Assembly (NCBI GenBank): GCA_002633005.1
Contig: NMRA01000611.1
Span: 184,248 to 248,247, forward strand
DNA from: Phoronis australis
Lineage: Eukaryota; Animalia; Phoronida
Direction: 5' to 3'
Length of the DNA stretch: 64,000 nt
A model generated the notes under the pieces. That model saw only the letters and a program-made list of their open reading frames with translations. It was not told the DNA's origin and ran no database searches. Position 1 is the stretch's first letter. Every line of letters begins with the position of its first letter. Below, in pieces: positions 12,601 through 27,300 of this stretch. Made by a program: the position numbers and the translations under genes.

Positions 12601-15600
12601 CAAAGAACACCGTCTTCATTTCAGTCAACAGTGGTCACCCAGAACCATCCAATTGTGTTGCTGTGATGGGTGACATAACGTGTCTACTGAACACTTGTGA
12701 TCCGAATGACACAGTCATCTCGTCTGTCTTGACGACCATCATCCAATGGCTGGAGTCGTCGCCGTGCAGCGTCCTGTTACTACCGACGATCAGTGCTGTA
12801 ACCAAAACACTGACCTCCATACCAATGATTGTGCAGATCACGGAAAGTTGCATTGAGAGCCATCTCAATTCTGGTGAGTCTTCACTGTCTGATTCTTGTG
12901 CCATGGATCCAGAGGGTTGCCTAGAGTATCCCTGCTGATTCACCTTTGCTGGAGTAGAGGGATCTATGTTATAATCTATATATCTATGGTATAACCCCCT
13001 ACTTATATTTCAACATCCCTGTTTTGAATTTTTTTTCTCAAGGATAGTACCCCACCTACTTAGAAGTACCAACTGAAAAACGAATTTCAATTTTTTCTAA
13101 ATGAGCAAATTTGGGCTTCACTTAGTGTTTGACTAATTCATGTTCTTTGTTTAATTTGTGAAGCACTGTGCTATTGTTGCTACACATTCATCTTCCGTCA
13201 AAAAGTTTGAAGTTTTGATTTAGACCATGAATTTACGATCGCGAAATTGGTGTCAACTTCTTTTTCATTACTCAAATAAGAAGTGGTCTCTGGGCTTGGA
13301 GAGAGCTGACCGTTATTAGTTGAGACCATGTTCTGCACCTAAAATGATCGTCTTATCTGACTGTCTTATGAATGAGTTGAGAGCAGTTTTATAGTGACAA
13401 GTGTTCTTTTATGGAATGCAGGTTTATAAAAAGCTTCTGAATGAACTGTTTCTGAAGATTATAAAGTTCAAAGGGTTTTCAATAGGCAATATGTATTTAA
13501 TTAAATAGCTTTTGTGATATTGCTACTTTATGTTTGCTTATCTCGCATACAAACAAGACTGAATATTATGTTTTTGTGGGACCCTGTGCTAATTGTTCAC
13601 ACTAACAGTTGCCATAATTGCTATCAGTTTGACGAAGTGCTCTTTTTCTCACCAGGGTCAGTAGACTGGGCACCTGTACTTATGTTCTTGGACATTCCAC
13701 AACAGTGTGAGGATGACTACCTGTCTGAGTGTCTCACAAAGGAGTGCTACCTGACTGTGTTTACCCGTGTTCTCCACCAGCTGTCTCTGTGTGAGAGTCT
13801 GACTGATGAAAAAGCACAGCTTGTCTCGCTCGTCGAGTGGACCATCAAGATTAAACCAAGGTCAGTGCTGATTTAATGGTGCTTGTAATGACATGCATAA
13901 GCCGTAATTTTATGGAGTTGATTTGCCTGACAATAGCCCGAATCTAAATTGACTGACCGTGCTTGATAACCTGTCGATGAGACTGAGGGGGTCTTGTACA
14001 AGAGAGGTGGTAGACATGCTGCCCACTTTGGTGTGAATTTTGCACCGTCGGGTATCGTCTTGGTGGGTATTTTGACTGCAAAATCGATGATATCAGACTA
14101 AATTTGGCAAAAGTGCTATTGGTTTGGGCACTCAAGACAAGTTTTCCCAGATGTTGTGTTGGTCTGGATTTTGAGTGAAGTGTGTATCTGAGAGTCTACA
14201 ACTGCAGCAATCAATGTACTCCACTAGGCATTTGATTAGAAGCACTAAATTCCAAATTAAGTACATGCAAGGTTAATGACAGTCAAAGCCCAAAGCCCAG
14301 CCTCCAAAGTTGAACTTGAAATACGAGTCTTAATTTGTCGAATTTGTGCTTTGTACAATAATTGTACAATTAACATATGAGTACGGAATCCAAGTTTTCC
14401 CCTTTAGGATTCCTAGAATCAATCTTCAAATTTAAACTTGAAATTTGAGTTCAACTCTGAAGTATGTAGCTTCACATTTGAAATGATCAAGTGTGGAGTA
14501 GAATGTACTTGGACTAGGTATTCATGCTGCTGTGTAAATGGTGATTTGCAAAGTCAAACATGCTCATCTCGAGTTCATGCTTACATAGAACACAAAATAT
14601 CAAAATCAGTGTCATGTTTGAAATCAGAATGGACTGTGAGCCCTAGTTACCGTTACTAGGTTTAAAGCATTACTACGGTTGGTAAGGCTTACCATGAGTT
14701 GCGTGTTGTCTTGCAGCTCGGCCAACGAGGCCAAGCTGATCCTGTGGTTCCACAAAGTGTCCCAGCTGTGTCTTCGTCAGGCCCAGCACCACTGTAATGC
14801 CAGGCCCCTGCTGGAGCTGTTTATACCGGCTGTGGTACTACTTGGGGAGGACAAGTCCACAGCTGGCTTTCTAGGCACTCTGGGGTTGGGCAAGAGGTCA
14901 CAACTGTCCATACGGTGAGACATTATTTAGTATTATGCTGCCTTGTAGCAGCAGGAGTTAATGACTTATTAAGATAATTAACTCACACCAGAGTCACACA
15001 TTCAAGTGCTGGTTACGGTTATGTTCGACAGTAGAAAAATAATCTAAATTCGGCAAACTTCGGAACATCATACCTGAGGAATGACTGATCAGATTAGTGG
15101 GCTTTATATTACGTACACTGTTTTACAATTTTAAAACCTGTTAGGAATAATTTAAAATGATCCATTTTTGCAAGAAGGGCTATCCATATTACTTTTTATG
15201 AAGTAATTCAAGTGCTCCGTAAAACAAAATGATTTAGAAAACTGCTGTGTTGTTTTTGAGATTTTATCTTGAATAACTATATCAAACAAAATTTGGTCGT
15301 GTTATTGATGTGGCTGTTTGCTAAGAATGCACCTTTTTTCCTAGATTTTAGTAACAAACACATGGACAAGTGACCCATTGAATGGCAGATTTTTTTGTGT
15401 GGCAGATTGGCATGAGGTCAAAATCAAAATCTTCAGGCATTCTACTTTCAGAAAATGTATACTGGCCTATTATCTACAAAACCATAAATTTAACTATAAG
15501 TCTTTTAGTTAAATTTATGGTTTTGTAGATAATAGGTCGATTGTACTGACTTGTTAATATAAGGTCCTATGTAATCTTAACTCTGTTGTTTTAACAACTG

Positions 15601-16557
15601 ATGACAAATGACGTTCTTCGATATTTTGCTTTTGATGGTATGGGGTTTTGTCATACTGATGCTTTATGCGTGCGCTTTGTATTCTATGTGGTTGATGTAA
15701 TTATGGTTACCATAGTTCTCCACTAATTTGGAATGCTCATTTCGCAAACTTGAAATTATTTGAAAAAAAGTTATTTAATTTGTTCTTCACTTGTTTTGCG
15801 TGAGTCTATGTGGCAGGAATTTCTTGCCTCACCTAGTTCATGCATGGTCAGTTCACGCATGGTCAGTTCACGCATGGTCAGTTTTGCAACCAAAGCCCTA
15901 TCTTTAATGCAATACACACCTTTTTAACTGTGTTAATAAGGTCTGACCACTGTATACTCACCGTTTCATTCATTCATTCACATGTGATATCTCATGCAAA
16001 CACTCTGTGAAAGGAATTGTTGACGAAGCTTCGTTACTCAGTTAATTTCATTTTATTTCATATACTCAGACTACCCGAAAACTGTATTTAGTTATCTCAT
16101 GCAAAATAAGTGGACAAAGAATTACCATAGGTTGTGCAGCAACTGTACATTCCTTGCAGTTGCCTGGGAGACTTACTAACGGCATTGTTATTTCCATTCC
16201 AGGTTTCGCTTGTTTTGCAAGAGCTTGTCCATGTTTCTTCTCGCTCAGCTTCCTAACGACAGTTCAGTCCGCTTCGACGCTCAGGCTCCGGGTCATGTCA
16301 GTAAATCTGTGACAGGCATTGCCAGGCCCACGCAAAAAGCTCTTCAGGCTATGGCAGGTCTTCTGGGATTGAAGGGCAAAAAGGAATACAGGACTTTTGT
16401 GACAACCATTGATTTTGTGTCAAATTATACTAACGATCGTAATCATTCGCTCAACGAGGTTCTGCTGTTCATTTCTCATTTAGCATCCGTGTTGTTCTCT
16501 GAAGTTAAATATTTATCAGTTCTGAGACCTGCACCTCAGTATAGCAGCGAGTGTTGA
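3661..16557 (+). CDS. EPG5: Ectopic P granules protein 5 (autophagy tethering factor), 3' part; the 5' part is inferred to lie upstream of the window
   Basis: GT-AG exons with consistent phases: 3661-3742, 4633-4772, 5544-5742, 7322-7492, 8641-8816, 9114-9320, 10738-10901, 11276-11475, 12625-12873, 13656-13860, 14717-14914, 16203-16557 (stop TGA). Peptides HQFPELYADVL, VLETLEWLANYF..FGLYPRWSHY, FSPWI..WVESD and LLGEDKSTAGFLGTLGLGKRSQLSIRFRLFCKSLSMFL match the EPG5 C-terminal region as recalled. Confidence 0.88.
6890..7188. mobile_element. MITE, P-element-like termini
   Basis: TIR CAAGGAGTGTA...TATAGGAGAGTTCACT / AGTGAACTCTCCTATA...TACACTCCTTG; 7-bp TSD ATGCAAT on both sides. Confidence 0.8.
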
Positions 16558-18759
16558 ATTCAATGTGTCATTGTGTGGTAGGGTATTCGTGCCTTTTATT
16601 CAGCTACCAGTGGTGTGAGCTGACTTGTTATCTTGACATGGTACACATTGCATAATGGGGATTTTGGAAGGGAGGTTTGCCTTGTATTTTGCTGGTCATT
16701 TAATGTAGTTTTTCAATAACAAAGGGAACACAATTGTGTGGTTTCGTTCTCCTCTCGTGACCATAAAATCTGCATGACTGTGTCTCTAAACATTTCATTT
16801 GATATCTGACAAAAGATGCTTTTCAGTAATTGGTAGTACAATATATTTTTGCCACAGAAATGAGCTAGCTGCGACAATGAAAAGTAGAATTAATTTACCT
16901 GCTATCCTCCAGATCTTGGATCAGTGAGGTAAACAAACAATATAACAGTATTTTTTAAGAGAGGCCTTAGTAAGCATTTTTCCAGAAGTTCATGACGGAC
17001 TTAGTACGGGTGAGAATTTAAACCAAAACCCAATTAAATTTGTGAACTGAAGCACAACTTTCAATTATTTCATTCCCTGCGAGCAATCTGGGCTGCAAAC
17101 AGTCAACGGGCATCGTTAGTAATGTTTTGTGACAGGATGGTGTGTCCAATCCCACTAATTTTGGACATAAATAATCGCCAAATGGACATTTTTTCATTTC
17201 TCAAGGATTTATTACATGGTTTTGAGTGCCCCCTATCCGAAAAAATTGTCTCATGGGCGTTATGGTATAGAACTTGGGACAACCAATCATTAGTCAGCTT
17301 CCATTTTGTTAAGGGTGAAAAGTCCTCAGAAAATTGTTTTCCTTTGGTTTGTGATATAAGGAACGGATGTGGTGTTGCATTTGTGCTGGTTGTGACAATT
17401 AGTATTTGACCTTGACTGTAACTTTTAATAAATTTTTGTCAGTATTGTGAGATAACTAGTGACGACTTGCACTTCCAGGAAATGAATTTATTTAAAACCA
17501 CGATTGTAAACCATGTTCTGGTGTCAAAAATGACTTTCTTCACAATCGTGTGTGCTCCTCCAAAGCTGTGGCGTTCTGTTATATTTTGGTTCTGTTAAAA
17601 TTGGTTGCAGTTAAACACGTGGAATTTACCGACAGCCATACTTCTTCGGCAGCTGAAACTCCTAACATGGCGAGCAAACTTTTAGAGTCTGCTATGAATA
17701 GTGATGTCATTTCTTCTTGATCCTAGAAGTCACTTCTAATCTGTTTGAGGAAAAAGCTGCAACTGTATACTGTAATGTTACCTTGTTTTTTGACGAGAGT
17801 ACCCTCTCAATGATATAGACAGAGCTTTAATTCAATAAATATTTACTCAAGATTTAGTTCATGTTTGCTGAAAATTAGTAACTGTTTGCATCATAAATAT
17901 TTCAGTTGTTGGTTTTGTATCGGTGCTCATTGTCGATTCTAATTTGTGCAATAAATGGAGTATTGAAGATTACATGGTTATCTCTTTTCTTTCCATTTTA
18001 TGTAAAAATTACTTTCATTTTATGTGAATTGATTTTCGACAGATTTCTTCTTACACTTCCATCAAATTCTGAAAAGTAACTAAATCTCTTTGACAATTTA
18101 AAAAGTGTAACATATCCTTGAATTTATTGTAAAATCAGAAATAGTCCGACGCAATGTGCCCACATTTTGAGAACAAGTTTTCTCCACTGAATAACAGCAT
18201 TGAATGAGGTTTGAATTGTACATTTTGTGTAACTGAATATTGTAATATTCTGTTTTTACATGGAATCTTGCTTTCTAATTCTAAATTTTTGTGTGGTCGT
18301 TCATCAAGCACTGTGACAACAAAGTGAATAAAACTTCAGCATTTGGCATTAGACAACCATGTCGTAATTACTTGTGACCCCATTTTTGTGGGTCTGTACT
18401 TCCCATCTGAGGGTGACCCTTGTCCTTCCACCTGAAAGTTATACTTCACATCTCGAGGTTGTAGTTGCCTTGAGAAGATTGCCCTTTCTATCAGCAGTGT
18501 GTTTTTGACACAAAACCTCTGAGAATATGAAAAGACAAAAGCAAACAAATAATTTATTGCCTTACATGCTGAAATTTAAGACAAAACAACTAGCAGTTTT
18601 ATCATTGCTAAGATTCTCTAATGAGATCATACAAACAAATTTGTAATTACCGATGCAGTAGACGAGCAAAAACAAGATGGACAACTTGTTTTTTCATTTC
18701 CATTGTTTCCATCACCTCGAAAATTTTCATGTAAGCTTTCTGGGAAAGGAAGTATTGAG

Positions 18760-18880
18760 CATTTTACACATTCCCAAAAGTGACATTTTACACATTCCCA
18801 AAAGTGACATTTTACACATTCCCAAAAGTGGCATTTTACACATTCCCAAAAGTGGCATTTTACACATTCCCAAAAGTGGC
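18760..18880. repeat. 24-bp minisatellite x5
   Basis: CATTTTACACATTCCCAAAAGTG(A/G) repeated 5 times head-to-tail. Confidence 0.95.
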
Positions 18881-21350
18881 CATAGCTGTGAGTGATCTCT
18901 AAGCATTGTCATGTCAAATGCCAGAATCTGCAATGGTAAAATAGCAACACTTAAAGCCATTAACTTTTATAACAACATAACAATTGTTAACAAAACGTAA
19001 ATATCATGACGGTTTCAACAGAAAAAACAATAATATTGTTTACAACACAACACATTTAATGTGCACCAACATCCATGAAAACGAGAGTTTAAAACCCAAG
19101 AAACCTTACAAATACGAGATCTGGTGGGTCATTCACAATTGAAAGTACTTCCAATCCTGGGGATGTAAAACTGTAACATTTTATTCTCAAAATTGATTGG
19201 GGATTGCACTTAGCAAAACAGTACATCCAAAAGTAGCAAGAGCATTGAAGACAAAATAATTATCTACATTTGGAAGGAGTCAACAAAATTACAATCACGC
19301 AAAAATTATTGGAAATTGAGGTCACAGACTCTTGACCATAAGACACAGAGACAGCAGTACTACACACTTGCAAAATCTGGCAAATAAAAATGTCATCAGT
19401 TGATCATTTCTATCAATGTCAATAAGGCCACATTGAAATTCCAAAAAAGTAAAAAATGTAAAAAAGGAATGAGAATCAATCATGTAGCAAACACAATAAA
19501 CATTGAATTAAAACCTATAAGCAGAGAAAGTGTTGAAGACAATGTGTCAAAATTTTGAAAGAATCCACAAACAGTGCGCTGACCATAAGACACCGACATG
19601 ACACTAATTATACACACTCCCATGACGATATGTTTGGGCAAATAAAAATGTCAAGACAGTAGACCCAGTCTCTTTGGTCCAATACCTATAACAAACTTAA
19701 TAAGTCCTCATTGAAATAACAGCAAAATATGGAAACTGTTCCAAAACATTCCAAAGAAACAAACTTTCACCTCCTCACATCAGTATTGGTTGGACAATTT
19801 CAATTCACCTTTCTGAGAAGACATGTTTAAAACTGTCACTCATAATCTATTCAAAGACAGATCTTAATTTTAAAACAAATCTAACATCTAAATCACTGTT
19901 ATAAGAAAACCTGGCTTTAGTGAGATGGTAGTGGTCATTAGTGTCCTGTAATTATTCACGAAATGATCAACCGTATGAGCTCCTTTTATTTAAAACATTG
20001 CTTCATAACACAAAATATCAGTGTCATATAAGACCATCCAAACAAATATTAAAATCATCATCTAGATCATGCAGAAAGTTTTGGACAACTGGATAGTTTT
20101 ATATCATCAGAGCATTGGTATGCACTCACCATCCACCTCGTAAACAGCAAATTAATATACTATGTAGGCTCGTTAACCTAATTTGATTTGTAAGGTTTAA
20201 AATTGATACAAGGGTGATTCAGAAGGCATCAGAAGATGTAAGTCACCACAAACAAAATGCAGACACTTCAAGAGCAGAGAGGTTTGGTAACCAGAGTTAA
20301 GGTAAAGGTAAAAAATAAAAGCGCCTCCAAGTGGTGCAGCCTGCAGACAGAGAGATCGATCCTACAACAGATTCCAAAAAATAAGAATTTTCACTAGGAG
20401 ACACTTATTAAACGGTTGAAAATACGAACATATCTGATAAATTTTGAGCACCATCCAAGGAACATTGATATGGAGGTAAATGCCAAAATATAACATTCAC
20501 ACAAAGTGGCGTAACAGTCAACCAACTTTTATGAAAAAATCTCAAGAAGTTTTGCGTGTAAAGTCTGTGAAATATAACAGACACCCAGATGTAGAACACC
20601 CAGGCATTGGTATGCACCCACGTGTATGTGAACATGTGGGCGTATGAAATCAAACCCTAATCTCTAAAAGAACCCTTTTTTCCTCTTTGAGGACTTAAAT
20701 AAATCTTTTTGCAAGATTTTCTAAATATTATTCATGCAGCATGGGCTTGTATACTAAGAGAAAGACAGGCGAAGGATTCTAAATCCACACACTGGCATTA
20801 TAAATGCATGAAAAAATTTAACACCACACTAATTTGAAGAAAAACTTTTAGAGTTATATGGGTCTTTTCCAAAATAAACTATCGTGGAATTGTTCACATG
20901 CATCAAATATTACGAATAAAAAGTACAGTTCTATTGGTAATATCATACACAACAGTTTTGGCACATGAGAAAAATATGAATGGATTGTGGTAAACAGTAT
21001 GACCAGCACTCTTTGCTGTCTTATTTACCATTAACATCCTTCACACATCACAGTCATCAGGCAAAATCAAGTTTGTAAAACGATACAATGAACACAGGTT
21101 TTTTACTTATACCAAGAACTCAGACATCACACTGAGATCAATATCATATAACCAGCAAGCACTTTAGTCTTCACACAGCTCAACATCCTCAAACTAAGAT
21201 ATTTGATTATGAACTGAACTCAGGACTACACTTCGCTCAGCGACCTTAAACTAAGACTTAAATATCCCGCTAAGCCTAATACCATAAAATGAAGAACTCA
21301 GATCTCTAACAGAGCTCAGTAAATCTGAAAATCCAAGCTGTGTCCTGAGT

Positions 21351-24300
21351 TCATGCAATGCTGTTCAAACAAGGATAGCGTGGCGTTAAACTGATGCTTT
21401 TTGCCACACTTTCCATTGTCAATATCTTCTTCAGTTTATCTGTGTCCATGGCAACAGCTGGGTTCAAAGGGCAGGTGATCCCCTGAGTCATACACATAAC
21501 CTAGAGAGAACGTGACCACATCAGTAGGAGAGAATGACTAATTTTTACACATAACAATTGAAACCGGCCCATTTTTGACTGAGGGACTGATGACTCAATT
21601 ACTATACCAAAGCAATTAAGAATGATTGTTTTGAGAAGAAGAAAATTCTCATTACCCTGCAAGGGGAAGTTTAAAAGATATTACTAAGAACTCTCAAAAA
21701 CTACCAGGCAAATAGTCAAGAACTGGAAAAAATCAAGTCAGCATACTTATAGCATTAAAAAAGTTGTCGAAAACTAGCATTCATAAGGCAAAATTCTGAC
21801 GTTTCATAGAAATTTTGTTACGGGCGCACACTTGAACAAATCTTAACTTTGGAACGGAAGGTGAGACTGAATATTTTGTCACAAAAGCTACACGAAAACC
21901 TGACGGAGTACACAACATAATCTCATGGAGTAACCAGTCAATTGGGAATTCTTGATATTTGAAGAGGGCACTGAAAATTACCTGGTGTGAGTCAGCCTTG
22001 ACTGTAAATTGGTGGCTTTTGCCCACTTTCTTGATCTGACCACACAGGCTAAAGGAGTTGCCACTTTTCTACAAGACCAATAACAATTTGATTATGATAA
22101 TTCAGGGGCAAACTGGCATGAAATAAATGTTATGGAAACTAGTTGGTGTAACCAACACAGACTATCATGGTTAAGCATTTTTACAAGCATGCGAAACACT
22201 TGATGGTGAGTGAAAACTGGAAGATACAGTAAAAAAAAATTACTGGTGACCCATACCCAGATAATCACCGACAAAAATTAGTTGCGAATTAACGAGTAAG
22301 TCAAGACATACAAATACCGACCTTGAGGTAGACACACTCCTCAGTAGAGTTGTAGTAAACAGGATATCTTTTGGTGAGCATTACAGCTACATACTTCCTT
22401 ACTTGAATTCTGTTAGACAAATCTAAAGATAAAAAATTAGATTTCACTTCTCATTTGGAAAAGGGCAAATTAAGTCACCTACAGGCATAATTAAATCAAA
22501 ATTGACAATTTCAAACTTTGACATAGCAAGTCTTGTTCAGAACTCCTAATAACGGATACAAACACACTGTATTAAAAGACATGTCGTTATCATAAAGTTA
22601 TACCTACTTACATTATTGAATAAGCCCAAAATGAAGCTAATTGAGAACTAAAACGTTAACGTCCAGTGGAAAATTGACTGGAAGAAAGCAATCATTGGAT
22701 CATGACTTAAGCTAAACATTACTTAACCCCTAGCTTTCTAACATAGATTGAAATTTTTTTCTACACTTATACCAGGTAGTCCTTGGTCACCTTTGACCTC
22801 TTCACGTGACTCACTGGTAACCGGGACACCAGAATCACCAGCAGCAGTTGACAACACTGTTGACACTAACGAAGTGGACGACTCAACAATCTCTGGACCG
22901 GCCTGGATGACAAATAAAGCTTTGCTGTCAGCAGTTTGTTCTTACCACAAGGCTCTTGTTCACTTTATAGGAAAGGTGGCTGCCTTCACAATTACAGTTG
23001 AAGGGAATCCCCCCATTGGCCGCTACCCCTTATCCAAAATTACCATTTTGCATTAAGTGATCTTGGATTTTTTAATTACTGGAGGGTAATTTTGTGGTCT
23101 GATGACGCTTACACTCCACATCAAAATCATGGCACTGAGGTCATTGTATTGTCATGTAAGACTAAGGTATTCTTCAATTTAAGACAACTGGAGTTAAGTT
23201 AGTGAAATTTCTCAACAAAACCAACTTTCAAGATGAATGGTGTGTACACTACTGCTGCCACCAAGAATCTGTCCTACACCTGGGAATTCCCGGCAACGTA
23301 CTACAATAAAGCCTTTTACAACAACGAATAGCAATTTTAGCATTCTTTTTGTCCAAAAACTGAAGAATTTTTCAATACTGTTTTTGATTTTAATTTATGG
23401 TCTACTTGCCAGTCACCATTAATATTCAGAAGGTTACACACACAAAGGTTTTAATGAAATTTTCTCTGACAACAATAAAACTGGGTAAAGGACTACTTGA
23501 TTATAGTGACCCCAGTTTTTACAAGAAAGACTTATTTATTTAATGTCTTTTAGTCACATAGAATATGACAACTTAACAAGAATCAGTAAGCAATTATAAT
23601 AGTAACAAAATTTTGAAAGAACAAAAGCTCTGACAAAATATTTCCTTTAAAATTCAAGTCTTATAGAGAACATGAAAATAATATCGAACCAAGTACCAGC
23701 ATTACACAGCAGAAAAGTTCCGTGGCATATCAAGTTAATCGCGATTTCTTGGTTAATCTTTTATACGATATTTCTAAAATCAACATACAAGAGCCTCTTT
23801 GTTGGATTTTTTAACTAAAAAATTAGCAAATAATTGTTTAACATAAAAATTGGTTTCAATAACGAAAAAACTGCCAGCTCCACCATAATTTCCTTCGCAG
23901 TTGAGCACACAAGACGGTGCTGACACCTACCAGCACACGTGACTTTCTCTTCCTGCCCTTCCTACTAGGCGCGTCCCGTGGTGTGCTGGCTCGGCTCACG
24001 TCCTCGTTACTGTCATCATTCAGCACCAGACCCCCCACCGCCGTGTCTACTGATCTATGGTCACCTCCACCCTGGACATAACTCTGAAATACGAAAAAAT
24101 CACCAATTTCGGACAAAAATAACTGCCAGAATTGGCCCCTGTTCAGTTTCCAAAAGTTTCTAAATAAATATTGTTATGGATGCCAACATCGTACACAACG
24201 TTACCTGACGGCAGCTTACAGAACTTGCTAATGGTAAAGCATCACTTTAGTGGTACAAGTTTTTTTGAAAAAATAAGAAAACTAAATCTAAAGTATCCAC

Positions 24301-27300
24301 AATATCCTCTCCAAAATTGGCCAAGTTAGATGATGTTCATGAACAGCGCTACCTACAGGACACTAAGGAAACATGTCAGCCAGTCTGCCCAGAGTACATA
24401 ATGCCTCAAGAACTTCACGTTTTAGTAGTTAAAAGGTACATCGAGCGCTGTTTAGGTAATAAGACCATATTTAGCATATTAGCATTTAGCAAGTGTTGAA
24501 TGCTTTGGTTTAATTATGACAACAACAAAATCAAGTCATCAAACAAGAATGAACACATACCTCTTAGTTCTCTATGGTTATACTGTGGTAGAAATGAAGC
24601 TCATTACATTTATGGCTTTATAACCAGTTCTATTCTTCATTCATTTTACTTTGAAATGGGCCATTTTTGAAGTGATTAAGTATCGCTCAATATAACTTTA
24701 ATTACAGGAGTCCTCTGGCTATCAGAAGGTTGAATTATCTTAATGTCTGACAGCATACCAATCCACTCTTCTGTAAAGTTACATACCTAGACACTGTAAA
24801 GTTACATACCTTGACACTAGTGTACTGGTTGCTGTTTAGTGACTTCTCACCACGGTTAGCACAAAACCAGTATAATGCCGCGCCTGAAATATGTAAAGTG
24901 TTCTATATAAATGAAACCTATTTGGATCAAATGTAGCCTAGTCAAAAATTGGATATAACCTGTATCACTTGAGATACACAAACAAAGCAAGTCAAGGAAA
25001 CAGCTGAGATTTTACAAAATGTCATACAAGACAAATACTTCCCTTTATTGAACAGCTAAAAGCACAACCAAAATAGAGATTTACGTCAACCTTCAAAATA
25101 AACAGTATAACTGTTTTATAGTATTTTGGTTATGAGACAAAGTGCCCATTGAAATGAAAACCATAAAGTTCTTGCAATCACTTAAAGCTGCGTTTCTTCC
25201 CCGTTTAGCTGTCAAATCTTGAATTCTTAACCACAGTCCGTTTGAGATTTCAAAATATTACCATGCTCATCCAATCTTCAATGAGTGCCAAATGAATCTA
25301 TTAGGCATCTCAAGTCACAGGCAATGTATACATTAGTCATTTGGAAATGGCAATTTTATAGTTGGCCAACCCTAATCAACCCCGAAGTGTTTTTTCTTTG
25401 AGTCGCTGATGGTTTTGATTTTCTTGTTGGTAACGGAAACAGAATCCTATTGGGTTAAGGAATATTACGAGACTGACTTAATGAGAATAAAAAACCTGAT
25501 TGGATTTTTGTTTTCAGAGAGCTGAACAGGGCAAAGTGTAGCTTTAAACTAATTAGTTAACATTGCTAACAGTAATTACTACATTGTCATAAAATCGGGT
25601 GTAAAAACACTAAGTTCAATCGTCAAACATGATGAATGTACACATGGATCAAGTAGCTTTCTGAAGAGTACATAGCTTACTCACCTAAAAGAAGACACAA
25701 TGCACTCAGGCTTGGTAACACATACGCCTGGGGCAGAGACACAGGCCATGTGATATCCATATTTTGAAACCATAACGTTAATGAGTCAATGGTCTCCGAA
25801 AGAAAGTCTGCAGATTCATCCAACTGGCACTGCAAAGTAAGAGCACCAATCTGACTATCTACACGATATAAAACTGACAGGTATTTAGTTATAATATCCC
25901 CTCATCATAAAGAACCAGACTGAGTACTATGTTTCAGTTGGCAAACACGTTTAATTGACATCGGACAGCAGTGCTCTGTTGGTAGAAGTGACACGACGAA
26001 AATCTAAATATTAGGCGACAACCATAAACCAGAGGTCAACCTAGATTCTGAATAGTTGCTGCTGCCTTTTTCAAAATTTTTCCTACTTTCTCAAGACAAC
26101 AACCAAAACTATAATTTCCAACAAATTCCACTGATATGCTGACATTTGCTGCGACTCCACTTTATTAGAAATGAATACTAGGAGATCTACAATAACAACA
26201 GCATTGGGACACATTCAGAAAAGCTTGTCACTGTCCCATAGACTTGCATGGCTTCATAAAACACTGACAGAGTCTAACTGAACATTTAACACACCATTTG
26301 CCTGATAAAATAATCCACATCACATAATGCGAAAATATACTGTTCAAAAACTGAATTATCTGCAAATTGTGCAGATTAACTGCAAACAGTGCAAGTTAAC
26401 TACGGATATTGCAAGTTATCTGGTTACAAATGGCAGCACAGGACCAAATGCAGTCAATTGTACTTTGTCATTTTTCAGTCTGCAGTGTCCGAGGCATAAT
26501 TGGTGATAAGCTGAGCTGTTTTGTCGCTCAACCAAGGAGGTCAGTGCAGGCTTGCTGAAAACATCCACAGCCTCTGTTAAGTGCTTAGAAGGAAAAGGGA
26601 CTACAAAAACTATTATACCCAGACATATCTTGTAATCAAACTAAAATAGTTCAGACCATACCCGACACTTGTGATACGAGCAGCAGTGACATCTATGTGT
26701 CAGAGGAAGAAGCACTGTTTGCTGAACTAACATGTCTTGTTTCTGGTTTAGAACAGTGACTGAAAACAAATGAGCAAAAATTAAAAAATATAGGTAAAAA
26801 TTTTATGAAAAAGTAAAAGGCAGTGCAGAACCATTTGTTCAGCTAGAAGAGGCAGTGTGGTCTAGTGGATAAGGGTCCGCCTCTTTTACTAAAAGTTGTG
26901 GGTTTGAGTACCCCTGGGGCACACTGTTAGACCTTTGAGTCAGGTCTGTAGCTTCTCGGCTCTTAAAGCATGGAAAAAGTTAAAGGTGATCTGTCCAATG
27001 GGCCAAACTGAGTGGCATGCGCATGACTGGTACAACGTGTGCCAGACTGCCTGCAATTATTTTTTGCACAGCTAACAAATCTTAGAATAGTTTTTAAAAT
27101 ACTTCAGTTTTGTATGAAGCGCAACCAAAACAAGATATTCATGATTTTCATGAAAAAAATCTAAAGTTGAAGAAAACGTAATACTAATTTAGAAAACTCT
27201 AACAGCGTTTTTGAGATTTCATCTTACATCAAATGAAATTTGGTCAGTGTTATTGATGCCATTGATTTGCTATCAATGTACATTAAATTCTCTTCTCTTA

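Noticed and set aside
12581-12624. Upstream acceptor for the EPG5 exon at 12581
   Set aside because: It gives an immediate in-frame TAA; the acceptor at 12623-12624 restores the frame.
18760-18880. Possible CRISPR-like array or repeat protein ORFs (18677..18895, 18727..18960)
   Set aside because: The units are contiguous with no spacers in a eukaryotic context. It is a simple minisatellite, and the ORFs are by-products of the 24-bp period.
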